A stretch of 64,000 nucleotides of DNA, taken from IMG/VR virus record IMGVR_UViG_3300020191_000010, positions 660 to 64,659 of that record; one strand, written 5' to 3'. Each line of letters begins with the position of its first letter. The stretch's first letter is position 1. The notes under the pieces were generated by a model, which saw only the letters and a program-made list of their open reading frames with translations, made no database searches and was not told where the DNA came from. Shown here piece after piece: positions 52,842 through 61,768 of the stretch. Position numbers and translations under genes: made by a program. This DNA comes from a virus. Taxonomy: Duplodnaviria; Caudoviricetes.

Positions 52842-53136
52842 TATGTCTGTATATCCGGATATAGCAAACATTAGTATTCATCGTCTGGTACCATTCTTTT
52901 GTATGTCATCGTACCTTTATTACAAACAAAATAAATGCGTTCTTACAGACGGTGACTTCGATCTTTTATGCAAGCGAATGTTAGAAAACTGGGATGATAT
53001 TAAGCATCCCCACAAATATAAAATACGTAAAAAAGATCTAGAAGCTGGTACCGGTTATGCAATAGTCTATACTAATATGATTGTAGGATCTGCAGAGTCT
53101 TGGTATAATGCTTGGGAAAAGGAGTGCGGTAAATGA
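52792..53136 (+). CDS. Protein resembling the NAD-dependent DNA ligase N-terminal (Ia) subdomain (likely start ATG 52843)
   Basis: 'SYLYY.....LTD..FD.L'. Confidence 0.55.
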   Translation: MGIAHASRRHTNPIGVNMSVYPDIANISIHRLVPFFCMSSYLYYKQNKCVLTDGDFDLLCKRMLENWDDIKHPHKYKIRKKDLEAGTGYAIVYTNMIVGSAESWYNAWEKECGK

Positions 53137-53492
53137 GTATGCATCTTGTCCGTGGTATGACTAGTCTTAATACTAAAAAACGTAAAATGAAAAATGCACC
53201 TGGCTTTAAGAAAGCTTTAGAAGAGCATAACAAATGGCTTCGGAAAATGGGTGTTCATCCAGATCAACTCAAAGATAAGGATAAATCAAATGGCTCGAGT
53301 GTTCCGAATTATGCAGAAACACGTTTCAGCGTCCCGACGTCGGACGTCATTACACCCATCCAGGGAAAAACAAAAGCTAATGAATACTCAGGCGAATACA
53401 TCATCGGTCTTGCCACTCTTCACAAGTCAAACACAGTACCGGTCGGTCGAGGAGATAACCCAGAAATATACGCAAAAATGAGGCGTGGATGA
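53133..53492 (+). CDS. Hypothetical protein
   Basis: 'Y.G..IIG.ATLHKSN.VPV' and terminal 'MRR'. Confidence 0.75.
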   Translation: MSMHLVRGMTSLNTKKRKMKNAPGFKKALEEHNKWLRKMGVHPDQLKDKDKSNGSSVPNYAETRFSVPTSDVITPIQGKTKANEYSGEYIIGLATLHKSNTVPVGRGDNPEIYAKMRRG

Positions 53493-53495
53493 AAA

Positions 53496-53531
53496 TAGGG
53501 GGTTTACATTCCATTGAATCTATGGTAGAAT
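53496..53531 (+). promoter_or_regulatory. Early promoter
   Basis: AGGGGG-TTTACA (53503), N17, TAGAAT (53526). Confidence 0.8.
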
Positions 53532-53567
53532 GCTTGTATAATAAAATTTTGTTGAGGAGCAAATATT

Positions 53568-54704
53568 ATGGCTATTAGAAAAAAGCAAAAGAAAGTGGTA
53601 CCAACACGTCGTCGTTTCGGACTAAGTGCTGTACCAATTGAAAAAGGCTTCGATCAGGTTCTATATTATTTTCAAACTGAAATGTCGAATTCTGATATAT
53701 CTAAGATACTGAAAAACTATCTTAAAGAAAAACATAAAAAATCTGCTAATCTACAGTATATTATGTCTTGTCCTGAATATCATTTCTATTCACATCCTTC
53801 ACGTGCAGCAACAGCCTTCTGGCTGACACATGCTCCGAAGAAGGATGACGATGATAAGTCTAAGGCTTATTCATCGGGACTATCAAAATGGACTTCTGAG
53901 ATGATTTCCCTTGGTAAAGAAATTTACCAGGATAAGCTAATTAAAAAGAACGATTCTGATGCACGTCCTAGTATTTCGCCTATGGAAAGGCTTAAGAATA
54001 AGATTAGTAATACTATTATGCAGGATCTTCTTGGGTTAGAAGATCAATGGATAGACGGCGAAAAAACTACTATCGACGTTTATAGTTTATTTAAGAAACA
54101 CGGTTTGGCAGGATCGGCAACATTGCCTGTCCGCCAGGTGATTGAGGGATGGTTGGTAGATTATGAAGATGCTTATCATAAGCGTTGTGATGATGCCGTC
54201 GAGGGTTACTCACATTTGAAAAGGCCCGAACTCAATCGCCGCATTAAGTCCTGTCAGGAAATGCTCCTCGATCTTGATAGGATTAAGTCTGCTGCCAAGG
54301 CACAACGTAAGACGAGAGTCAAACAGCCTAAGGCAGCAGACAAACAAGTTTCAAAGGTACAATACAAATCTGAAGATTCTAATTTTAAATTGGTTTCAAT
54401 TAGTCCTATACAAATTATTGGCAAAATCAGATTGTATACCTTTAATACAAAATCCAGGATGCTTACCGAATACATTACACAGAGTGTTGGTGGATTCGAA
54501 ATTTCTGGTACTACAATTAAGAATATCGATACTGTGAATAGTCGAACAGTTAGATTACGTAAGCCTGATGAATTTTTACCAGGTGTTCTAACTAAGACCG
54601 TTAAGCAAATCGATACCGAATGGAAGAAGCTTACCACTAAGACAACTATTCCAAATGGTAGATTAAACTCAGACACAATCCTATTAAAGGTATTAGATAA
54701 ATGA
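53568..54704 (+). CDS. Conserved T4-like hypothetical protein
   Basis: 378 aa with GAGGAG RBS; 'EGYSH', 'NTK.R', 'LRKP', 'NGRLN.DTILL'. Confidence 0.8.
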   Translation: MAIRKKQKKVVPTRRRFGLSAVPIEKGFDQVLYYFQTEMSNSDISKILKNYLKEKHKKSANLQYIMSCPEYHFYSHPSRAATAFWLTHAPKKDDDDKSKAYSSGLSKWTSEMISLGKEIYQDKLIKKNDSDARPSISPMERLKNKISNTIMQDLLGLEDQWIDGEKTTIDVYSLFKKHGLAGSATLPVRQVIEGWLVDYEDAYHKRCDDAVEGYSHLKRPELNRRIKSCQEMLLDLDRIKSAAKAQRKTRVKQPKAADKQVSKVQYKSEDSNFKLVSISPIQIIGKIRLYTFNTKSRMLTEYITQSVGGFEISGTTIKNIDTVNSRTVRLRKPDEFLPGVLTKTVKQIDTEWKKLTTKTTIPNGRLNSDTILLKVLDK

Positions 54705-54940
54705 TTGAAGATAACTTTTTGACCAAGTCAAAATTTACTAAGCTTATCGAAGCAACAGTAATCGAAACGAAATTATCCTATATGGATACTATCTTACATC
54801 TTTGTGAAAGGAATGAAATTGATCCTGAAGATGTAAGAAAATTTATATCACCTATCATAAAAGAGAAATTAGAAGCTGAAGCTATGGCTTTAAATTTTCT
54901 TCCAAAAACAAATTCATTGGACTCAGCTTTTTTTGAATAG
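54701..54940 (+). CDS. 33: Late transcription coactivator gp33
   Basis: 'F...IE..V.....SY.D.I...CE.N.I..E.....IS..IKEKL.AEA..LNFL'; precedes gene 32. Confidence 0.88.
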   Translation: MIEDNFLTKSKFTKLIEATVIETKLSYMDTILHLCERNEIDPEDVRKFISPIIKEKLEAEAMALNFLPKTNSLDSAFFE

Positions 54941-54956
54941 ATCGATATATAATATG

Positions 54957-54985
54957 TTTACAAAACAACGAAAATACGGTATAAT
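54957..54985 (+). promoter_or_regulatory. Promoter for gene 32
   Basis: TTTACA-N17-TATAAT. Confidence 0.75.
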
Positions 54986-55024
54986 AATTCAGTTTAATAC
55001 TTCAGCAAATACAAGGAAATACAA

Positions 55025-55930
55025 ATGACATTCGAAAATCTAAAACGTAATCGTGACCAAATCCAGAAACTAGTACAAGCAGCGGAATCTACCGGTGGTG
55101 GTACTGAAAAGAAATCATATACAGATGATCGGATTTGGAAGCCAACCGTAGATAAGGCAGGTAATGGATATGCAGTACTACGATTCCTCCCAGCAGCAGC
55201 AGATCAAGAACTACCTTGGGTCAGATACTGGGATCACGGATTCAAAGGACCAACTGGTCAATGGTATATCGAAAACAGCCTTACTTCTATTGGTCAAACT
55301 GATCCAGTCGGGGAACTTAACTCGCGCCTTTGGAACTCGGGTGTAGAATCTGATAAGCAGAAAGCTCGTGACCAAAAGCGTCGTCTTCACTATGTGACGA
55401 ATGTTCTTGTTCTTCAAGATCCTTCTGCACCACAGAATGAAGGCAAGGTATTCATCTATAAGTTTGGTAAAAAGATCTTTGATAAAATCATGGATTCTAT
55501 GCAGCCAGAATTTGCAGATGAAAATCCTGTTAACCCGTTTGATTTTTGGGAAGGCGCAGACTTTAAATTAAAGATCCGTCAAGTCGAAGGTTATCGTAAT
55601 TATGATAAGTCTGAGTTTGCTAGCCCATCTGGTCTATATGAAGGAAATGAATCCCAGTTGGAATCAGTTTATAACCAACTACATAATCTCAGTGAGTTTA
55701 CAGATCCAAAGAACTACAAAACGTATGATGAACTAAAAGCAAAGTTAATGCGTGTTCTTGGTGAAGAATCAACTGCAGGTGCTTATACTATTAAGCAGGA
55801 AAACATGATTAATGAACCTGTATCAGCACCTCAGCCACGTATGGCAGAGCCAGTAACGGCAGAGCAGATTGATACATCTGGTGATGAAGATACTATGTCA
55901 TATTTTGCACGATTGGCAAATGACGACTAA
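55025..55930 (+). CDS. 32: Single-stranded DNA-binding protein gp32
   Basis: 'D.R.WK...DKAGNG.AV.RFLP', 'WYIEN..T', 'GKKIFDKI', 'NYD.SEF', acidic tail. Confidence 0.97.
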   Translation: MTFENLKRNRDQIQKLVQAAESTGGGTEKKSYTDDRIWKPTVDKAGNGYAVLRFLPAAADQELPWVRYWDHGFKGPTGQWYIENSLTSIGQTDPVGELNSRLWNSGVESDKQKARDQKRRLHYVTNVLVLQDPSAPQNEGKVFIYKFGKKIFDKIMDSMQPEFADENPVNPFDFWEGADFKLKIRQVEGYRNYDKSEFASPSGLYEGNESQLESVYNQLHNLSEFTDPKNYKTYDELKAKLMRVLGEESTAGAYTIKQENMINEPVSAPQPRMAEPVTAEQIDTSGDEDTMSYFARLANDD

Positions 55931-56027
55931 TTAGGTAAGCCAACCAATTAGGCCTAGTCGCTGAATAAGATTCGGACAAAAGTTGGTACACAATAAAGGA
56001 GAAAGACTACTTCGGTAGTCGGGGATT

Positions 56028-56053
56028 AGGGAGCTTCGGCTCCCTTTTCTTTT
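56028..56053 (+). terminator. Intrinsic terminator with CUUCGG tetraloop
   Basis: AGGGAGC-TTCG-GCTCCCT followed by a T-rich run. Confidence 0.9.
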
Positions 56054-57665
56054 AGTGGGATAATAGCATATCTGATGCATCAACCGGGCTTTGTGCATTT
56101 CCTGGAAGAGAAAATCCATTTGTTGTTGACGATGTCGATGTTGATGGTGCTAAAATAATTGGCGCGGATCCGCCTGGTCCAGGTGGGACTGCCGATCTTA
56201 ATCCTTGAACGCCTTCATACTTTTCTGCCCTAATATTTGTATCTGGTTTTAATACAAATTTCCCTTTATCATTTTTAGTATATCCAGCATATTCATATAC
56301 AGAATTAGGAATACCCATAACTGCTAGTCGCGTAGGATCATACCATGCCCGTTCAACGTTCGGGTCAGGTAAAGTGTTTCTTAAGATATATTTTGTAAGT
56401 CGCTCAGACATACTACCAACACTAGCAGTAACTTGTCTAATTTTACTAGTAGGATTAGCAAATGCTTCTTTAAAGAAATTCTTTACTGCTTCCCATGCAG
56501 GATCGACCAATGCAGTTAGGCTAAACTCTTTTAGTTTTTTCGATGCATCTTCAAATCCTAGTTTATCAGCAAACCATGCCGGCAATTTAATAAACAATAA
56601 ATCTATAGCCTCTGTAAACCCTTTAATAACTCCTTTTATACCACCTTCGATTCCCGATTTAATTCTATCTAATAATTTTTTATTATCCCCTTCCATAAAT
56701 CCATCATAAAATCCTACAAAGAAATCAATTGCAGAAATAATAATTTGGAAAAATGGTCTAAGTGCAAATCCGATTATCTTTTTAAGAGGCGTTAAAATAG
56801 GATCAAGTGCTGATATAATTTTTTGGAAGAATCCAATTATGCCGCCGCCGGCCTCTCCACCACCTAATATCCCCTTTAAAGCTTCAAAATTAACTGTAGG
56901 GAAATATTTAGTAATAGAACCTATTTTATTAGACAATCCATCAAAAAATTCTGTAATAGGGGCAACTGCTTTTGAAATTCTACCTTCACCTTCTGTATTG
57001 CTAAAAAGATCTGTAACCGGTTTTAAGAAATTTGATATAGAGGTTCGAATTGCTTGTATGGTCTTTGAAAATGATTTAACACCCTCTGATGTATCTACGA
57101 CAGGTTTACCATCAACACCTAATCCTAATATTCTATATAATCCCTGTAAAAAATTGTTAGGTATATTTTTAAATAATGTTTTAGTTTCATCTGGAATAAT
57201 TAAAAGATTTTTAAGATTTCTACCAAAGGCTGCTATACTTTTCCCAAAATCTCTAATGGAATCAATAAATGTAGTAAATCTAGTGTTTAGTGCCTTTCGG
57301 GTATCATTTAGACGTTTTGCAATTTGTCCTATTCTTAATGCTTTAATTGCTGCATCTAAATCTGTCAACGATGCCACAATGCCTGCTACGGTAGCTCCTA
57401 TTGCACCAAGACCCGTTAATCCGCCAAGTAAACTAAATCCGCTATCTCCACCTGTACTGGATTTTGGCTGGGGTATTGCCGGTAACTTTTTTTTGGCTTC
57501 TCTTTGTGTTTCCAAGTTCTTCAATTTTTGCATGCTCATCATACTGAAGAATCTATCAAATCTTATACCGATCTTAGTAAGCTCAAGTCGAGTGCCTTCA
57601 TGACCTAACTGATTTTCTATATTATTTTCTTTTAATTTTTGAGTTACGTCATCTAGAGTTGCCAT
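56052..57665 (-). CDS. Tape-measure/baseplate hub-like protein (gp29-like)
   Basis: Long amphipathic helical Gly/Phe/Ile-rich sequence; downstream of gp26/gp51 in the tail module. Confidence 0.6.
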   Translation of the reverse strand: MATLDDVTQKLKENNIENQLGHEGTRLELTKIGIRFDRFFSMMSMQKLKNLETQREAKKKLPAIPQPKSSTGGDSGFSLLGGLTGLGAIGATVAGIVASLTDLDAAIKALRIGQIAKRLNDTRKALNTRFTTFIDSIRDFGKSIAAFGRNLKNLLIIPDETKTLFKNIPNNFLQGLYRILGLGVDGKPVVDTSEGVKSFSKTIQAIRTSISNFLKPVTDLFSNTEGEGRISKAVAPITEFFDGLSNKIGSITKYFPTVNFEALKGILGGGEAGGGIIGFFQKIISALDPILTPLKKIIGFALRPFFQIIISAIDFFVGFYDGFMEGDNKKLLDRIKSGIEGGIKGVIKGFTEAIDLLFIKLPAWFADKLGFEDASKKLKEFSLTALVDPAWEAVKNFFKEAFANPTSKIRQVTASVGSMSERLTKYILRNTLPDPNVERAWYDPTRLAVMGIPNSVYEYAGYTKNDKGKFVLKPDTNIRAEKYEGVQGLRSAVPPGPGGSAPIILAPSTSTSSTTNGFSLPGNAQSPVDASDMLLSH

Positions 57666-57859
57666 TATACCCGTCCCTGTTGTTCCTGCCTTGCTTGTTC
57701 TTCTTTCAAATGGTTGATTAGCATATCAAGATATACTTCTCTTTCCCATGGTATCATATGGTCTATCTCAGTCAACGAATAGTGATAATGGTGCATTAAC
57801 TGAAAATTCGTCCTATAATAATTTACAAGTGTCTCATGAGATAGACCTATGAGAAAAAA
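57665..57859 (-). CDS. 51: gp51-like baseplate hub assembly protein; no canonical start before its conserved core, probably reached by -1 frameshift
   Basis: Open frame reads ...LSHETLVNYYRTNFQLMHHYHYSLTEIDHMIPWEREVYLDMLINHLKEE...*; TAATG-coupled to the next gene. Confidence 0.8.
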   Translation of the reverse strand, partial: FFLIGLSHETLVNYYRTNFQLMHHYHYSLTEIDHMIPWEREVYLDMLINHLKEEQARQEQQGRV

Positions 57860-58557
57860 CTTTGCATTCCTTCTACTACAATATTGTTTTGATGATTACA
57901 TTTTTTACAAGAGAAAGCTACATCATGTGTTAGCTTAGGCATTTTTTCTACGTATTCTCTTACCTTAGTAAATTGCTGATTGTTCATAGATTCTATAAAG
58001 GAATCTAATTCTTGAGCAGTTTGATCTTTAGCAGAGAATCTTTCTTCATTTGTTTTTATAACATCAATACTTGATCTAATTAATCCAAAAATTTGATCTA
58101 CACTTGATTCTGAAGAAAGAATATCGCCTCTAACTATACTATCGAAGGTAGGCCATTTCATTTCTAGAGAAATCTGGTTATCCAATTCGATAGTATTAGA
58201 GATGTCTGGTACTTCTATTTCTACATCATCAATATTTAATGTAATATCATTACTAGATTCACATTCATTACATTTCATAACAATAGTCGATGTTTCACCT
58301 ACGCTTTTAGCTCGTATTTTTAGAAACATATATTCGATATCAAATGTAGTTAATCTTGTAGTATCGATATCTTCAGTTACACAAGCTTTAATAGTATTAA
58401 TTACTGTATTCAGAATCTGTTTCTGATCATCAGATTCTAAAGCCATTAATAAAATCTTTTCTTCTTTGACTAAGAATGGTCTAAAGCTCACACTTTTTTT
58501 CATTGATGGTATAATTAAATCATAATTTGGGGAATCATTTAATCTTGGTAAAGCCAT
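57847..58557 (-). CDS. 26: Baseplate hub assembly protein gp26-like
   Basis: 'MALP', 'FRPFLVKEEKILL.A', 'FDIEY.FL.IRAKSVGE', two CxxC, terminal 'EG.QSFF'. Confidence 0.9.
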   Translation of the reverse strand: MALPRLNDSPNYDLIIPSMKKSVSFRPFLVKEEKILLMALESDDQKQILNTVINTIKACVTEDIDTTRLTTFDIEYMFLKIRAKSVGETSTIVMKCNECESSNDITLNIDDVEIEVPDISNTIELDNQISLEMKWPTFDSIVRGDILSSESSVDQIFGLIRSSIDVIKTNEERFSAKDQTAQELDSFIESMNNQQFTKVREYVEKMPKLTHDVAFSCKKCNHQNNIVVEGMQSFFS

Positions 58558-58802
58558 TATGCACTCTTTCTTTTCCACACGTCATTCGCATTTACACGAA
58601 TCATTTTTTTATTTGTTTCATTCTTATTTGGATTTTCAATAGTTAGCATTACATTTTTGCCGGCGTGCCATGCATTTACCTTTGCAATCATTTGTGCTGT
58701 ACTACCAACCCATTCTTTTCTTGATTGTTTACTCCATCTAGGATCTTGGGATCTGCGTTCTCCCTTAGAAACCTGATGGGCTCTTTGTCTTTTCTTTGCC
58801 AT
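58557..58802 (-). CDS. Basic hypothetical protein
   Basis: 'SKGER', 'LTI.NPNK.ETNK..IRV'. Confidence 0.75.
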   Translation of the reverse strand: MAKKRQRAHQVSKGERRSQDPRWSKQSRKEWVGSTAQMIAKVNAWHAGKNVMLTIENPNKNETNKKMIRVNANDVWKRKSA

Positions 58803-58811
58803 TTAAATCCC

Positions 58812-59501
58812 CTATCCAAAATTTAAGCCACCGCTTACGAAGTTTTGTAGACCAGCCTTAATTGGTCTCCATTTAGTATAAGATAGATCTACTTGAAGTT
58901 GTACTAATCCATCTAATTCATTTGATAATTGAACTGCGCCAATTGTTGTTGGGAAAGCATCTTGTAATTCTACGGCATATATTGTACCTCCACCAATTTC
59001 TAAATTACCCTGGAGTGGACCAATATTAGCACTGAAACCTTTTCTAGCCTTTCTCAACTGATGTATCTTTACTGTCTTAGCATAATCCTGTTTATAACCT
59101 ACTTCACCTGTATCCTGATTCAATACAAGATCTGTCCAGGCATCAAAATATGTTTTAATACCATAATCATTCATCAAGTAAAATGTTAAGCTAACCTCTT
59201 GAACTGCATATCCATAGGCTACCCTTTGAAATTCCATACCGATTCTTCTATCTGTTGTAAGAATCTGTTTACCAGGTAATGTGGCATTTGAGCATAAAAT
59301 ATTCATTTCTCTACTAGTTGGTTTACCAGTTTCTAATATGCCTGGTATATTTGGTATTGACGGTAATAGATTTGCAAGAAATCCTCCTAGTGTACCAAAC
59401 CCACCAGAGCCAACTGGAGGTAGCTCAACCAAAAACTGATTTGCTTGTGCAAACCCAAGCTTTGAGGTAGCAACAGATTTTAGATCGTCAATTGATGCCA
59501 T
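58812..59501 (-). CDS. Baseplate-tail tube junction protein (gp54/gp19-like)
   Basis: 'N.F.V', 'C....LPG', 'V.LTFY', 'F..W', 'AFPT.IG...LS'. Confidence 0.75.
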   Translation of the reverse strand: MASIDDLKSVATSKLGFAQANQFLVELPPVGSGGFGTLGGFLANLLPSIPNIPGILETGKPTSREMNILCSNATLPGKQILTTDRRIGMEFQRVAYGYAVQEVSLTFYLMNDYGIKTYFDAWTDLVLNQDTGEVGYKQDYAKTVKIHQLRKARKGFSANIGPLQGNLEIGGGTIYAVELQDAFPTTIGAVQLSNELDGLVQLQVDLSYTKWRPIKAGLQNFVSGGLNFG

Positions 59502-60034
59502 TACATCTTCCCTCTTGAATCTCTATAAACAGTACCTGAACTTGCCTTTCTGAAATCCTGTGTCGGAAGAAATGTAGCAATTTCCCATTCTGGTTTATCT
59601 ACTAAAGCAAATCTACTTTTTACATGTTTTGTTAAATATCTATGGATAGTTGGCTTAATAAATTTCATAGGTAATTCTCCTTCACCCAATAAAGCATCTA
59701 AGGCTTTAGCTCTGAGTACAGGAGGAAGATAGTGTAAATTTAAGCCGTAGAATCCACCCTTTGCTGGTCCCATCATAATAACTAATGGGAATGCATCATA
59801 ATAGGGTAAAGTATCTTTATATTTTGGATCATAGAAATACATGTACATATTACCGTACGGTGCTGTCTTTGGTCTATTCCTTAATGCAATTTCTTCTTCT
59901 CGCATAAGATCAAGACGATTTACGCGCCCGAGCGCGACGGCCTTTTTACGGAACCACTCAATAGACTGTTTAGTCCGTGGGGTAATACCAGCACGGAATG
60001 CCTCGATTTCTAGATCTTTAAATAAGTTGCTCAT
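59501..60034 (-). CDS. 2: DNA end protector gp2
   Basis: 'YDPK.K.TLPYYD.FPL', 'GLNLHYL', 'RYL..HV.S', 'LPT..F'. Confidence 0.9.
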   Translation of the reverse strand: MSNLFKDLEIEAFRAGITPRTKQSIEWFRKKAVALGRVNRLDLMREEEIALRNRPKTAPYGNMYMYFYDPKYKDTLPYYDAFPLVIMMGPAKGGFYGLNLHYLPPVLRAKALDALLGEGELPMKFIKPTIHRYLTKHVKSRFALVDKPEWEIATFLPTQDFRKASSGTVYRDSRGKM

Positions 60035-60039
60035 ACGAG

Positions 60040-60047
60040 TATTTATA
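60040..60047 (-). promoter_or_regulatory. T4-type late promoter
   Basis: TATTTATA on the + strand, i.e. TATAAATA on the - strand, just upstream of gene 2. Confidence 0.7.
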
Positions 60048-60066
60048 TTGATTTATTCAATAAATG

Positions 60067-60627
60067 TTAATCCTTCCACTCTTTAGGTGCTGCATTAACA
60101 TTCTTTGGTGGCCTAACACGAGGCTTTGAAATTTTCTTTTTCCTATATGGTGCTGCTTTCTTTAGCGGCTTTTTTATTTTACCAGGCATCGGTTTAGCAA
60201 GAAGTTTCATCTCTTGCAATTTCTTTTCAGTCCACACTTCAAAAGTCCAGCCACGATCTTCTGCATATTCCTTTGCAGCTTTCCATTTATTCATATTCTT
60301 AACATAAGTTAATCCTTCATAGATATACTTCTTTGTACGTCTTTCACCTGAAGGTGGCTGTGTTTCTTTTTCTGGTTTAATTTCAATAAGTGTGGTTTTA
60401 TTATTTCTCCATGTGATTTTAAGATCTACAAAATATCTGTGATATCTTTTGTCAACATCGTAGAAATAAGGTATAACTGTTTCTTCAGATTCCCAGCTTT
60501 TTACCTCTATATTATGATCACACCATTTAAAAACTTTCCTCTCCCATGAGGATCTGTATACGACATTAGCCGGATCGCCGGCATACTTATCTCGATTAAC
60601 GACTTTATATCTTCCTGAATGTGCCAT
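60067..60627 (-). CDS. 4: Head completion nuclease gp4
   Basis: 'KY.GDP..V.YRSSWE', 'W.SEE..IPY', 'RYF.D', 'EIKP', 'N..KW.AA'. Confidence 0.92.
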   Translation of the reverse strand: MAHSGRYKVVNRDKYAGDPANVVYRSSWERKVFKWCDHNIEVKSWESEETVIPYFYDVDKRYHRYFVDLKITWRNNKTTLIEIKPEKETQPPSGERRTKKYIYEGLTYVKNMNKWKAAKEYAEDRGWTFEVWTEKKLQEMKLLAKPMPGKIKKPLKKAAPYRKKKISKPRVRPPKNVNAAPKEWKD

Positions 60628-60634
60628 AATTCCA

Positions 60635-60642
60635 TATAAATA
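60635..60642 (+). promoter_or_regulatory. T4-type late promoter
   Basis: TATAAATA upstream of gene 48. Confidence 0.75.
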
Positions 60643-60676
60643 AGATTAAACTTTCTTAGTATCTATAGGATATAAT

Positions 60677-61768
60677 ATGGCTATCAGAAACCAATTTGAA
60701 TACAACAATAATGGTATTGTCCAAAATAATACCAATCTAGGTACATCGGCGCTAAAAAGAAGTAATGTCATTATGGCATATCCTATTAATAGAGACGATT
60801 CCTATTTAGGTAGGATAAGGTTCGTTGTAAAAGAGGCTAAGCCTATTAATCCAGTACTAGGAGCTAATAGACTCTTTGAAGCAATAAATGTAGATAATTT
60901 CTTTGGCCAAGCCGGTGGAACTAAAAAAGCAAAAAGCGATGATGATGGATATACCGCTTATGAACCTAGTACCGGTACTAGAGAACAGCAAGAACAAAAA
61001 GCAGCTAAAAATGCTGAAAAGGATCAACTAGTAAAATCTTCAGTATCAGGATTGACTGGTATTAAATATCAAACTGCTAAAAATACACCTATTATCGATT
61101 TATACATGCCGGCCGGAAACTTAGTTATGAACGAAGGTGTTCAATATGAAAATGTTAATTTAGATCCTATGGGTGCTGCTACTGGTGCAGCTTTAGCTAG
61201 TGGTGATTCTATTATGTCGGCCTTTGGGAAAGGCCTAGCAGAAGGTCTTCAGTCTATTTTTAATATGAGAGATACCAATACTGAACAATTAGCAAGATTG
61301 GCTACCGCTAGATTAATGGATAAAATCCCTGGAGGTATTGGTCGTGCTGGTCAGCTAGCAGTACAGGCTACAACTAACCCAAATACAAGAGCAATGTTTC
61401 GAAATGTAAATATACGGGAATTTAATTTTACTTTTAAATTTATTGCTACTTCGGCTACTGAAGCAAGAATAGTTGAAGAAATTATACGTCATTTTAGGAC
61501 AGAAATGTATCCTGAAGCCATTAATCCTGCTGGCGTTCCTATTGGATATAATTTCCCTAATGCATTTGATATATCATTTAAATATAAAGGTCAGAATGCA
61601 AAAATACCAAAAATAGAAACTAGTTATCTAAGAAATATTCAAACTTCATATAATCCAACTAGTGCTACATTTCACGCCGATGGCCAACCAAATGAGATTG
61701 ACCTTACACTTAATTTTGTTGAGGTTAGAACTCTTAATAAGCAAGATATCTTAGGGGAATTCGGATGA
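60677..61768 (+). CDS. 48: Baseplate tail-tube cap gp48
   Basis: 'LYMP', 'NP.....F.....R.F.F.F', 'YP', 'Y.P', 'L.F.E'. Confidence 0.82.
   Translation: MAIRNQFEYNNNGIVQNNTNLGTSALKRSNVIMAYPINRDDSYLGRIRFVVKEAKPINPVLGANRLFEAINVDNFFGQAGGTKKAKSDDDGYTAYEPSTGTREQQEQKAAKNAEKDQLVKSSVSGLTGIKYQTAKNTPIIDLYMPAGNLVMNEGVQYENVNLDPMGAATGAALASGDSIMSAFGKGLAEGLQSIFNMRDTNTEQLARLATARLMDKIPGGIGRAGQLAVQATTNPNTRAMFRNVNIREFNFTFKFIATSATEARIVEEIIRHFRTEMYPEAINPAGVPIGYNFPNAFDISFKYKGQNAKIPKIETSYLRNIQTSYNPTSATFHADGQPNEIDLTLNFVEVRTLNKQDILGEFG

Noticed and set aside
56374-57603. Plus-strand ORFs of 111 and 254 aa
   Set aside because: Antisense shadows of the tape-measure-like gene; no RBS, and composition typical of reverse-frame reads.
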